Shown here: piece by piece, positions 49,941-62,298 of the stretch | Layout: every line of letters begins with the position of its first letter | Numbering within the stretch: position 1 is the first letter of the stretch | Assembly: GCF_035084215.1 (NCBI RefSeq) | Contig: NC_090349.1 | Location: 27,776,001 to 27,840,000 of the forward strand | Direction: 5' to 3' | Length of the DNA: 64,000 nt | Source of the DNA: Heptranchias perlo | Lineage: Eukaryota | Made by a program: the position numbers and the translations under genes | Notes under the pieces: model-generated | What the model saw: only the letters and a program-made list of their open reading frames with translations | Databases searched by the model: none | What the model was told of the DNA's origin: nothing

Positions 49941-50838
49941 AAGGTTTAGCTGATTAAACTTTTTCATCATAAATCTAATACGAGCAACTGCACATGAAAT
50001 TTATGCGCAGATATTCAAGTAATGCAGGGTTGACTATATTTTGTTAATGCCTTAGATTGCTTGCCAACTAAAAACTGTTTATTTTAGTAAGAACGACTAC
50101 CTTTGCTCCTTTTCATCTCCTTTCAAAATATCAGTTTTCCTGAGACCACTGGCTCCTACTTCCTTATTCAATGTCAGGACCGTCAATATCAAGCTGTCTG
50201 GCTTATCGCTCCTTCATATTTCTCAGCAAGAATCAGTCTCCTCTTTGAAGCCAACTCACTTTTCCCTACTCTCTCCAAGCTCTTCAGCTGTATATGCAGT
50301 ATAAAGTACTCAAGTTGTATCATGATTTGGCTTGCATATAACATTATGAATGGGTAATCGGTTATGTGATTGGTTCTGTCATAGACTTACATGGAATTCA
50401 AGTTGGGACATTTGAAAATGCTTGTTGTAAATGGGGATCCATTCTAACCATATAAATTATACACAGGGCCCACTGCATATTAGTAATTTCAAACATTCTA
50501 AAAGTTAAATAAATATTGCCATATACTCTGAATTTTTTTTAATAATCAGTTTTCTTCCTTATTTGAACCATCTTCTCTGGTTACAACAATAACTTGTATT
50601 TAAAAGCTTAAAACGAGCAACCTCAAAGCTACAGGAACTCAATTGTTACTTTTCATTAACATTTCAAACCAATTTACTATAATTGCAAATGTAAGTTTAA
50701 ACAAAAATATTCAAAGCAAAGGATGTTGGAAATACTATAACTGTACAGTGGAGAATGGTTAATTTTAGAATGATGTGTGTTTATCAAGTGTTTAAACCTA
50801 AATCAAAATTATATCCTATAGTATGGTAATAACATTAC

Positions 50839-50989
50839 CTTGTTCATTAGGCTGGAAATCAACAGTTTCCACCACCACAAAGTCATGCCAGTCAATCTGT
50901 GCATAGGCTACTCTCTCCCTTTCCCGCTCTTCCTCTTCCTTCCTCCTCTCACGCTCCTGAAACTTGGCCCATTCAACTCGGTATCTAAC
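50839..50989 (-). CDS. SF3A1: SF3A1 exon 6
   Basis: VRYRVEWAKFQERER...AYAQIDWHDFVVVETVDFQPNEQ; 151 nt. Confidence 0.96.
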
Positions 50990-51209
50990 CTATGTCATAC
51001 AAACCAAAGTTATTTGCATGCATAGACACATATTTATAGACATTGATCCACATTTCTTTTGTGCACAAGTAACAGACCTCCTAATCTTCTGCACTCATGA
51101 AAATTCAAAAATTTTATATCACAGAAAAAAAAATCACTTCAACAGATAACACAGAGGGGTTGAGACAGGTGGTGGAGTGGTAGAGCTGGGTGTCATGTGG
51201 AAGCTGATC

Positions 51210-52128
51210 GCACGAAGGAATAACTGTGGCAGACGGAGTTTAATGTGGGGAATTGTGAGGTCATCCACTTTGGACCCAAGAAAGATAGATCAGAGTATTT
51301 TCTAAATGGTGAGAAGCTAGGAACTGTGGGTGAGCAGAGAGATTTAAGGGTCCAAGTACAGAAATCACAAAGCTAGTGGACAGGTACAAAAATATAATTT
51401 AAAAGACTAATGGAATGTTGGCCTTTATCTCAAGGGGGCTGGAATACAAAGGGGTGGACGTTATGTTACAGTTATAAAAAGTTCTGGTTAGACCCCATTT
51501 AGAGTACTGCGTTCAGTTCTGGGCACCGCACCTCAGGAAGGATATATTGGCCTTGGAGGGGGTACAGCGCAGATTCACCAGAATGATATCTGGGCTAAAC
51601 GGGTTAAATTATGAGGACAAGTTGCATAGACTAGGCTTGTATTTCTGAGTATAGAAGATTAAGGGGTGATCTAATTGAGGTGTTTAAGATGATTAAAGGC
51701 ATTGATAGTTCTGGGAACCCCACCTTAGGATCGATATAGTGGCCTTGGAGGGAGTGCAGCGTAGATTTACTAGAATGATACCTGGACTCCAAGTGTTAAA
51801 TTACGAGGCACAACCACACAAACTAGGGTTGTATTCCCTGAAATTTAGAAGATTAAGATTAGAGCTAGGTGGTTCAGGGGTGATGTCAGGAAGCACTTCT
51901 TCACACAAAGGGTAGTAGAAATCTGGAACTCTCTTTCCCCCAAAAAGCTGTTGATGCTAGGTCAATTGAAAATTTCAAAACTGAGATTGATAGATTTTTG
52001 ATAGGCAAGGGTATAAAGGGTTACGGAACCAAGGCGGGTAAATAAAGATAAGATACAGATCAGCCATGATCTAATTGAATGGTGGAACAGGCTCGCCAGG
52101 CTGAATGGCCTATTCTGATGTTCCATGT
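51210..52128 (+). mobile_element. Composite CR1 fragments
   Basis: ORF2 C-terminal coding present twice (~51515-51700 and ~51708-51860), then a 3' UTR. Confidence 0.8.
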
Positions 52129-52501
52129 CCGGGATATCATGAAAGAACAGCACATAGATGAGGAAGAGGAAGAGGCCAAGGAAGAATCTTTGGGGACTCC
52201 CGAGGGGGTGGCAGGGTGCTGGATAAAAACAACAAATTATTTAGGAAACTTTTTCAATGTAATAACATTCCAGAACCTAAAAGGACATTAATTGCCCAAA
52301 CTTGTGATTTCTGGTGTCATTGCCTTGTAATATGCCATTATACATACCCTATATAAATTTCAATTATTTAAGCAATTAGTGCAGCTAGTTAAGTTTTGTT
52401 TACAAATGAAGATATAAGAACATAAGTAGTAGGAGCAGGACTAGGACATACGGCACCTCGAGCCTGCTCCGCCATTCAATTGGCTGATCTTATTATCTCA
52501 C

Positions 52502-52576
52502 CTGATCTAAAACTTCTTTAGGATTTTCTGCCTCTTTTTTCAATTTCTGAAGCAATCCCTTTGGAGGTATTAAGAT
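52502..52576 (-). CDS. SF3A1: SF3A1 exon 5
   Basis: ILIPPKGLLQKLKKEAENPKEVLDQ; ttcag| acceptor and |GTGAGA donor; 75 nt. Confidence 0.95.
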
Positions 52577-54300
52577 CTGAAAAAAATAAAATTGTTAAGC
52601 TTTTCCCCTTGTGAAAAGATCGCGATTAAAATCAGTATACATCTGAATTTAATACCACAACTCTGGCATATCTGGCTAGGTCTAGAAGTTGTCCATCAGT
52701 CATGTACATCATCAACGAGTCCTCCTCAAATCAAAATCCAGTACTGGCCCTACATCTTCCCAATTAAAAGCCACAAAAATAGAAAATTTAAGGTAAACTA
52801 AATTTTGCTGCAACAACTTCGCTCTTATGTGGTGAATCACATACCTTGAAATTACTTCTGTATAAAACTACAAATTCAACTAAATGTTATATTATCCAGT
52901 TTTCCACTTACAACTCTTCAATATTGCATTGCTGTCTCTGTGACACTGGAATTTTATCAAGAGTTTTACTTTTTAACCATCTGAGGTTTGCTATAACTAT
53001 GTACTCCCTACTACTACCTTTTCTGGAACACAGGCTCATTGCCCTCAACTGAGGACAAAAGTAAATGTCCATGACATTTGAAAAAAATATGAAAGCTAGA
53101 TTCTTAAATAGCTAATGTCTGCAATGGTGGCAAATATAATTTTTTTAAAAACCCATTATGTGTTGAAGCTTCAACCAGATATTTCTCATGTGACTTTATA
53201 TGCACGAAATCTGCCTTGTAGTATTGCTCACAGGTTAAACAAAAGCCCATGTTACTGTAATAGCTTACTGGAATTGATACAAGCCCTTTTGTGTTCTTGT
53301 AGTCTTCAGATTGCAAAAGAATAAATGTTCTATTGAACTGTATGACTATGTTACAAATTACAAATCCGGTTTATCAAATGTGAAGGTTAAACAGTGGCTT
53401 GAAGTCAATATAGCAGATTGGACCTGGTTAAAGAATTTCAAAACTTATACCTTGTGTATAAAAGGTCAACACATTGGTAATTCTCTTAGTAAATACTACA
53501 GTCCAAATAGTAGCCTAACAAATGTATACTTGAAGTTTTGCCTAACCACTATAGAGCTGTGGTATTGTGACACAAGAACTCAAGAGCATACTGCCCAAGA
53601 TATATCTCATATATCCCACTTGAAGTTCAAAACTGGGACTGTAAGGTCAAAAGGAGTCTGCCATGATTGAAAAAGGTTATCAAGTTAAAGTGTTGGCTCC
53701 CGGAACACCACAGAGATGCTAGACCCAAGTCCATCTGCATGTGTTACCAAGTCCTTCACCTTAAACTGACAAAGCAAAAGTCTCTAGTAATTTCTACATG
53801 TTTTTCTATAAAAATGTATATGTATAGGACTTTGAAGTGACATTTTGCATGCCAGTGATGTGTATTCAATCCAACATGTAGAAAACAGTTCAGAGAAACA
53901 CTGAAGCTGGGAGATTTTTTTTTCTCTCAGCATGCAGTAATCGAATTTAAAGTAGCCAGTCACATCTCATAAATAAATATGAAAAATACATGGACTCTCT
54001 TATTCTTTGAGATATAATATTTACAATGGTAAGGAGGAGAAAGTTTTGGATTACGAAACGCATTATATATGTTAAACTTCCATTTCCAACCTTCTGCATC
54101 TGCCTCGTCTCTATAAGATTTGTTTCCCTTATTAAGAACTACTCCACAATTGTAGACACATTGCTCCAGCTCCTTCAAACTGTAATCACTGAACTTCAAA
54201 AGCCAATCCTGTCGTGCAAGTATATTACTTTGGCTTGATCCACAGTACTTAACAATTACACATTTACATGTAATAGATTGTATTTGTAACTTTTACATAC

Positions 54301-54558
54301 CTTTGTGTACTGCTCCACTAGTTTGGTGAAATAGTTGAACAGACTGTGCTGCGGTCGCAGAAAGTCAAACTGATAGTTACGTTGTTCTTTCTGCATCAGC
54401 TGAGTTAAAAACTGTCGACCATTTCTTGCAACAAATTGAGCGGTCAGCTTCACAACATCCAGATCAAAGGCTGAGATGGATGGGGGATCAGCAATGAATT
54501 CAAATTCAGGTGGGGGTTCTTTTGGGACAATTGTTTCCTGAATCACCTGTGCTTGCAC
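54301..54558 (-). CDS. SF3A1: SF3A1 exon 4 (SURP2)
   Basis: VQAQVIQETIVPKEPPPEFEF...LVEQYTK; 258 nt. Confidence 0.97.
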
Positions 54559-54807
54559 CTGTTTAATGTACATGGGAGAAAAAAACACATTTCAGAATTT
54601 ATAAGTTCTCAAATATGATTTAAATTATAAATTGCTTACTAGAAAACTTGAAACTGCTATAAAAATATGATTTATTCAATAATTTATAAACATTACAAAA
54701 AAAGAGGATCTTTAAATGTTCACAATAAACGTTTATTAACAGCATTTGTCTGCATTAAATAAGATAGTTGTGCATTTTCCTCTGTTACTGATAGCAAGGT
54801 TACTTAC

Positions 54808-55006
54808 TTTCTGTGGCAGCTGCTGCTGTTGCTGTTGCTGCATAACCTTTGGTATAGCAGCTGAAGGTTCTTGTCCTTTCCCCTCCTTGAACTCATTAAC
54901 TTTGTGCCGGTAATATGCATGGTAAGGATCATTAGGATTCAAGAAGTTAAACTTGGAGTTGTTTATTTCATTCTGACGAATACGGGCTTCAAATTCTGGG
55001 CCATTT
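54808..55006 (-). CDS. SF3A1: SF3A1 exon 3
   Basis: NGPEFEARIRQNE...QQLPQK; preceded by a 96-nt intron; 199 nt. Confidence 0.96.
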
Positions 55007-55102
55007 CTAATCAACACAAAATAATTTACACATTTAAACTCCTCAGATGATCACTGCAATACAGCAAATACAAGCACACATCTGACTGAATGAGGTACTC
55101 AC

Positions 55103-55215
55103 CTGGCTACAAAACTAGCAGTCTTGTCAACAATGTTCCTGACCTCAGGAGGAGGGTAGATAATGCCAACGATGGGTTTGGAAGTTGGGATTTCATCTTT
55201 TGTTTCTTCTGGCAC
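55103..55215 (-). CDS. SF3A1: SF3A1 exon 2 (start of SURP1)
   Basis: VPEETKDEIPTSKPIVGIIYPPPEVRNIVDKTASFVAR; AG/GT boundaries; 113 nt. Confidence 0.95.
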
Positions 55216-55307
55216 CTTTAAAATAAAAACAAACAATTGTCACTAATCTTTTTAAAGCACCTCAAAAATTCTTATAATTTGAAGCAGATCTCACTCAAAA
55301 TTCATGT

Positions 55308-55445
55308 TTTTTTTTATTCGTTCATGGGATGTGGGCGTCGCTGGCGAGGCCAGCATTTATTGCCCGTCCCTAATTGCCCTTGAGAAGGTTCTCCCACAGT
55401 GCTGTTAGGAAGGGAGTTCCAGGATTTTGACCCAGCGACGATGAC
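55308..55445 (-). mobile_element. Short, internally deleted 3' end of the same LINE family
   Basis: TTTATTCGTTCATGGGATGTGGGCGTCGCTGGC matches ~40600-40770 with a deletion. Confidence 0.8.
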
Positions 55446-57269
55446 TGCCAATGAACAATGAGATGGCTTGCTCCCATGCCTATGTCACCCTGTAAAGAAG
55501 CATTCTAGAGTGGCCCAGTGACTCCTGTTGATTGTTTTCCTCTTTGAAGCACCTAGCCTCCACTCACCACTTCCTTTTGACAGAGAATCAGAAACACCAT
55601 GTGGAAAATGGTACTTTTGTTCCATCACATCGACCTGCGAATACCCTTTGATGGAGTGTTCATGCTACAGTATGATAGTAGCAATACACTCAAATTTTAT
55701 GGCGACCTATGCTGTTCACCAAGTAGTTTGGAAGAAATTACTGGTAGCTGCTATCCACCTGAGAGCTCAAACCTATGTATGTCAGTTGTCTAATCATTAT
55801 TGTTGGGGGCAGGATTGGTGTACAGAGATAAGCAGATCATTTTGGCTCCAAGATCACACATCTGGCAATGGGAGGATTGGAACCTAGTTGATTCTCTGTG
55901 GCAGACTAAGTAATTCGATATCTGCTCTAGGTAGGCCTACAATACTCCAGAGTACTGATTGATTGACCTGCCAACCTGAATCACTGGTGCAAACTAGAGG
56001 GCTAGGTCTGTCACTGGGGTATGGGATTGTTCCCAGTCAGCTGCAGAAAATCCTACAAGCCAACATTCTAAATTGTAGGATGACCCAGCTGGAAAAGCAG
56101 CAGGAAGTATATCAGTGCTTTGTAGTAGTAAGCTCCGTGATTTTAGCCAATTAAAATTCAGCAGTACCGCTACACACTGGAGAGTCTTAAGCCTTAACTT
56201 TTGCTAACTTATGCCTAAATTCTTTGTTTTTAAGAGTAGGTCCATTCTTTAGGGAGATTATATGTATCCCATATCAGGCAAATGGAAACCCTACTTATGT
56301 GGGTTTTCTGGTAGTTTCGTTTAGTTTAGAGACTCTTAAGCACAGAGATGGATTTTCACACATGTCAAACACCCAGACTGATTAGAAGTAAATACTTACT
56401 GAAGTATTACTTACTGAAATGGGTACAGCACATCTAAACCATGTGAACACCAAAATATCTAATTCCACTGCAATTTAGTTTCCTTGTACTGAATTCTCTT
56501 CAGCTCCCTCTTCCCCAGATAAGATTAATGGACAGTATTTTCTGACAACTTGTAACAGCATTTCTATCAATTCTGTTCTCAATATGGTTGATGCCAAGTG
56601 CAGGACAACATGCCCTCCAATTTTCCTTCCCTCTTCATTGGAAGGCAGCTAGCCTCTAATGGCAATGTCATAATACTGTACCACTACTCATCACAGAAGC
56701 TACACTACAATCTACTATTCTCAATTATTATTTTACAATATTCTGTAACTCGCGTTTAATTTTACCTCATTTATTTTAAACTATCCCACCCCAAAACATG
56801 TATTTAATAATGAATCTCCCATATCGTTGCTCACAGATTTACACTGACTGGGTCTAGGAGCAAAGGTGTTGGTATAAATGTAGCCGTACTCATTCTAGTC
56901 TGACAATGTGGCCTATTTTAATACATCCCGCTCTGCAAAATAAACACAGCTCCATTGAGTTTCTGATCGGCCTCACATTGTGATAAACCAGACTGAGATT
57001 ATCCTGGTGCGTGTATGTTACTTCAGCATGTGTCCTTCGGATTATTCCCAGGCTCAGTTCACATGACCAGCGGGAACTACAACTCACAACCTGCACGGCA
57101 GAATAATTAATATCAATCACGGGCTTCGAGCGTCATTTGGGGATCAGTGCGTGTCACAGCCACTCGGGGCCTAGTGTGTCCTGGAGGCCTCGGACTGGCG
57201 GGAGGCCGAGACTCTACATGCGCTTGTTTGAATGGCGACGGTACCAATTTTTTTTTGTTTTAAACTCAC

Positions 57270-57320
57270 CTGATTTTCGGGCTGGGGTGGCGGCACCACC
57301 TGCACCGGTCCGGCCGGCAT
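57270..57320 (-). CDS. SF3A1: Splicing factor 3A subunit 1, exon 1 (MPAGPVQVVPPPQPENQ)
   Basis: ATG at 57320; N-terminus MPAGPVQ as in SF3A1; donor CAG|GTGAGT; 51 nt. Confidence 0.93.
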
Positions 57321-57639
57321 CGCTCCTGCACCTCGGGCGCCTCAAACCGACACAATTCCGCGAGAAACCTCCGTGTACACAAGATGGCGACCGCGGACTG
57401 CGCCACCCGCGTTCTGAATATAGGGGGGGGGGGGGGGCAAAGCACATCCACAATGAGATTCTTCACGCACATTTAGTTAGATGCATGCCTCCAGTCACGG
57501 TTTCAGGAATTAATATGTCTGAGGATTCGGTTTGTTTTTTCTCGTAGTAATATTTTTGTTATGAATTCAAGTTTGAATGGTACAGCCCATACGTAATTGC
57601 GACGATTTTACGCACGTTGAATGCGCAAACTCACGTTAC

Positions 57640-57704
57640 GCACCTACGTGCGTCCATGACAGCACGCAATAAACATTGAGAAAGAAGACAACGGACGGCC
57701 GCAG
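57640..57704 (+). other. CCDC157: Probable non-coding exon 1 of CCDC157 (start approximate)
   Basis: Donor CAG|GTAACA at 57704/57705 at the island edge; candidate acceptor ttttctatttcttacag ends at 58829. Confidence 0.4.
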
Positions 57705-58910
57705 GTAACATGGAGGGGTTGACCTAATAACTATTCAACGATTCATTGCTTCTCTAGTTTGGAGGAAAGAGCATTATAATGGCGGCCCAGTGGGGGAAAC
57801 AGCGACTAGAGGCTCTACTGAAGATTACAAGAGTCAGTGTATCTCTTCCCCTCCCCCCCCCACTTTAATTTCCTCTCCTCTCCTGAAGGTGCTGACTCCT
57901 TGCTGGCACCGTTTGATGCTTCACCCAAACAACCATGCTTCATGTGGCATTGAATGTCAGCAGCTTATTTAACTATGAGAGCACTGCAACCAAACGGAAT
58001 CCTGTCCTCAAATGGCATCGAAACACAATCACTTGAAATCAAGGGGCTTAATGGATAGCAATAAGGAGCCGGAGCTCGTCTGATTCCTTTCTTCACCGCT
58101 CCTTCCTACCCAGTTCCTCTAGAAAAATGTCTTTTAAGTACAGGACATAGACATTACCAAGCTACTTTTCGTTTATTTTGTTCTATTTTCAATGAAGGAG
58201 GTAGAGCTATGTGTGTGTGTTTATTATCCTGTTACAACACTCTGCTAAAGAGGTATTTACAGAAAGCAGTTATAATGGTTGGAATTTCTGTACATAAACC
58301 ATGGTTTGAATTATTTATTTATCCATGCATCCATTCGTTTTATTATATCATGTTCTGTTGTTCAAACATATCTAGTAACATTGGGCACTCATTTCAAAGT
58401 AACATGTGAAAATGTCCTAAAAACAACCCCTGTACATTATTTTTCTATTTCTGAAACAGAAATGTTAATACTAGTGTATGCTGTGAAGGTGTCTGTACTG
58501 TCACATATGGTACTGGTCTGAGCTATGAACATACTGACACTATCACTATGGTTTAGACAAAATTCTGTTGGAAAATTTTTGGAAGCAACTGTCAACACAT
58601 TGAATATCGTTATACTATGTATGTGGACTGATGCCTACACAGAGAATCTGTAGATTATTTTGTTCATTAAGTACAGTGAAAAACATTTCTAATCTGGTTG
58701 TGGATATTTTATAAGTGTAGGACAAGGTAAGCAAAATGCCACTCTCGTTAATTTAGGATTCAAAGATGGTATTTGTTTATAAACTGTTGAAACAGCATCC
58801 TTAATCTAATTATTTTCTATTTCTTACAGATTGATTGTGCTTGTGGACCTATTAAATTTATTGCAGTGGCAGTTAATTTTTGATGAAATAGCAGTTTGAA
58901 ATTGCAATGA

Positions 58911-59210
<300 letters not shown>

Positions 59211-59639
59211 TAATATACAAGTTATTCTTTGATTGTTCTCTCCAGAAAGCACTGACCCATGCAGGTTAGAATTCACTGGGCATGAACCATTAAACACTCA
59301 GTGGCCACTCTTCATGGACATCGGGTGTCAGCAGATATTTACATCCTTCTAACCAGTTCATGCCAATTTCTTTTGTGCCTCAGTTTTGCACTAATAATAG
59401 TGACTTATTTTTCACTAATTGAGGTAACACGCAATAAAGACATGCCAAATGCCCACGATTACTTGCATTGCTCTGTTGATGTTTTCAGTAACAGTTGATT
59501 TTTTCAGATTTGATTTTCTTTTCTTCTTTAGAGTAATGTTTTTAAACAGCACTCAAACTATTCTAGAAGTGCTAAGATTGTTACTGAAATCTTTCTTTTA
59601 ATGTTGCAGTATCTCTGTTCACAAGCCCTTGTTAACCCA

Positions 59640-59862
59640 TAGGAACGTAGGAACAGGAGTAGGCTATTCAACCTCTCAAGCCTGTTCTGTCATTCAGTGA
59701 AATCATGGCTGATCTGTATCCTAACTCCATTTATCCGCCTTGGCTCCATATCCCTTAATACTCTTGGCTAGCAAAAATCTATCGATCTCAGATTTAAAAT
59801 TAATAATTAAGCTTGCATCTACTGCGTTTTGTGGGGGAGTGTCACACTTCTACCACCCTTAC
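59640..59862 (-). mobile_element. CR1 3' end
   Basis: Similar to 28310-28545. Confidence 0.8.
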
Positions 59863-60039
59863 TACATTAAAACAAATACTTGAGATTTTCTAAATTCCTA
59901 AGATTATTTTTGGGGTATTGATTAAAAGTTATAGGATTTTATTTAATAATCCAAAAATATTTGAATAATGAGGTAACTATGTTCAAGAAGGTGATAAAAC
60001 AAACTCGGTAACTACAGACCTATTCATCTTACATTAATA

Positions 60040-61810
60040 ACTTTTCAGAATAGATACTGCCTGACAAGCCTCCTTAACTTTTTTGTGACATCCCAAGTAG
60101 ATATTGGAAAGGCCTGTGCTATAGAATACCTAAGCTTCCAGAAAGCCTTCAATAAAGTCATACATGACAAACTGCTACACAGCTTAAGGGAATAGGTTTC
60201 CTAGGGAAAACTTAGAAGTGGATAAGAATTTAATGGAAAGAAAGGAAGTGGGGGAGTGATGTCAGGATGGGGGGGTGTACTCACTGGAGTGCTCCATGGT
60301 TTGCTATTGGAACCCCTGCTGTTTCTAATCTGCAGAAACCCAATGCTGTCAAATTTGCAAATGATACTCAATGTGGGAAGGAGGAAAGGTGCAGTCGAGT
60401 CCAATGAAGAACGTAGAAAATATTTGAAAGTGGGTACTTCTATGGTAGATTGTTGAATGCTTTGCCTCCTCATTTGAAAGGGAATTTAATAAATATTTGA
60501 AAAGGTACAATATATAGGAATGAAGAGAAAGGGCAAGGGAATGATATTAGATAACTCTAGTTGAAGAGCTAGCATGTATAGGTGCATTGGATTGAATGAC
60601 CTATTTCTGTGCTATAATTTCTTTAAAGTAGTGTAATACTTAAACTAGCTGGGAGAGAGACTGAATAAGATCCGGTAGTGATATTAGACTCAACATTTAC
60701 CATATCCAGTCACTTGCAGAGCAGCAATCAAGAAGGCAAACAAAATACTGAGCAAAATACTGCCAAATTAATAGTGTAAATCTGAAGCCAAGATGCTTGC
60801 ATAACACTCTGATCAAGCCACACATCGAATACTGTGTTCAGCTCTGATCACTGAAGTAAAACAGAAACATCCAAGCAGGGAAGAGCCACAGGACTGATCC
60901 CTAAGGGGTGATTTTAACCCCCATGAACGGGTGGGTTAGGGGCAGGTGGGAGTTGAAAATAGTTGTTTTTTTAGGTTGCAACTGCAAAATTTTCAGGCTT
61001 TGCATTCCCAGTGGGAAGCCTGTACTTTTATCCACCCAAGTTAAACCCGGAAATAAAGCCGGGTTGCGGTCCCGATCCAAAAAAAAACTTTTTTCAACTC
61101 ACACCCGCCCCCAACCCTCTTGTTCTTGGGGGTTAAAATCACCCCCCTAGTGTCAGTGGACTGAGTTCCGAAGAAAGTTTAGAAATTTTATTTATTTTTT
61201 GGTTAGCCAGGTGTATTGACACATCACAGGATACAAATCAGGAAGGCCATTCAGCGGATCTTAGTTCATCCATCTAGAAAGACCCTACACTTCTCCCATT
61301 ACAGCAACTCATTTTTTCTTAAATTATTCCAGAGATTTTGCCTCTATTACTCATAAAGTCCAATCCATGTATTGATAAGTCTTTGAAGAACTTCCTGACA
61401 TCAGTCCTAAATTTGTCTGTTACTAGTTTGAACCCATGTCCCATTATCCTGCTCTTGCAATTTGTTTGAAGTAATTTTCCAGATTTACTTTTCCAGGCGA
61501 TTTACTGTCTTATACACCTCTAAGATTGCCTCTCCATTTTCTCGATTCAAGGTTGAAAAACCCAAGCTTCTCCAGTCTTTCCTCATAACTCGACCACCAA
61601 CACTAGGGATCGGCTTTGTGGCAATTCTCTGAACTGCCTTCAGCACTCAAATATCATCTTTGTGTCTTGGTGACCAGAAACGCAAGGTGTAGTCTGACTG
61701 GTGCACTTTACAATTTCAGCATGACTTATTTTTATTTGTACACAACTGTTTTTTCCCCCAAATAGTTCAGCATTCTATTTACTTTGTTGAATTTTTTTGC
61801 AGTGGTTGCA
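60040..61810. mobile_element. Cluster of old CR1 remnants (+ ~60040-61200, - ~61220-61810)
   Basis: Degenerate KAFDKV, GVLHGLLLEP and PHIEY-like coding. Confidence 0.6.
60905..61145. mobile_element. MITE with TIR GGGGTGATTTTAACCCCCAWGAAC
   Basis: 24-bp TIR with one mismatch, extending imperfectly to ~70 bp; inserted in a CR1 remnant. Confidence 0.85.
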
Positions 61811-61865
61811 CACGGAAATCCAACATCACGTTTAAAAGTCGTCAAAGCAAGCTACTGAGTTGGTG

Positions 61866-62298
61866 TCAGCCTTGGCTCAATAGTAGCACTCTCGCCTCTG
61901 TGTCAGAGATGAAGTCCCGCTCCAGAGACTTGAGTACGTTATCTAGGCTGGCACTTCAGTGCAATACTGAGGGAGTGCTGCACTGACAGAGGTGCCATCT
62001 TTCAGATGAGGCATTAAACTAAGGCCTCGTCTGCTCTCTCAGGTAGACATAAAAGATCGCCCTATTCGAAGAAGAGAAGGGGGGTTCTCCAAGCTAACAT
62101 TTATCCCTCAACCATCATCACTAAAACAGATTATCTGGTCATTTATCTCATTGCTGTTTGTGAGACCTTGTTATGTGCAAATTGGTTGCCACATTTCCCT
62201 ACATCACAATAGTGATTACATTTTAAAATAAATACTTAATTGAAACACTCTGGGATGTTCTGAAAGGTGCTATATAAATGCAAGTTCTTTCTTTCTTT
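61866..62298 (+). mobile_element. tRNA-derived SINE, Deu-domain type (SacSINE1/AmnSINE1-like)
   Basis: tRNA-like head (GCCTTGGCTCA..TAGCACTCTCGCCTCTG), conserved core (TACTGAGGGAGTGCTGCACTG..AGAGGTGCC.TCTTTCAGATGAG), tail TATATAAATGCAAGTTCTTTCTTT. Confidence 0.75.

Larger units (their letters stand above)
57060..57800. promoter_or_regulatory. Bidirectional CpG-island promoter SF3A1/CCDC157 with ZNF143-like motif (AACTACAACTCACAACCTGCA, ~57075-57095) and YY1-like motifs (CAAGATGGCG 57380-57389; ATAATGGCGGC ~57776-57786)
   Basis: CpG-rich stretch between divergent genes; motifs read directly. Confidence 0.7.

Noticed and set aside
57137-57547. ORFs across the SF3A1/CCDC157 promoter
   Set aside because: CpG-island artefacts; the true SF3A1 exon 1 is a 51-nt segment in another frame.
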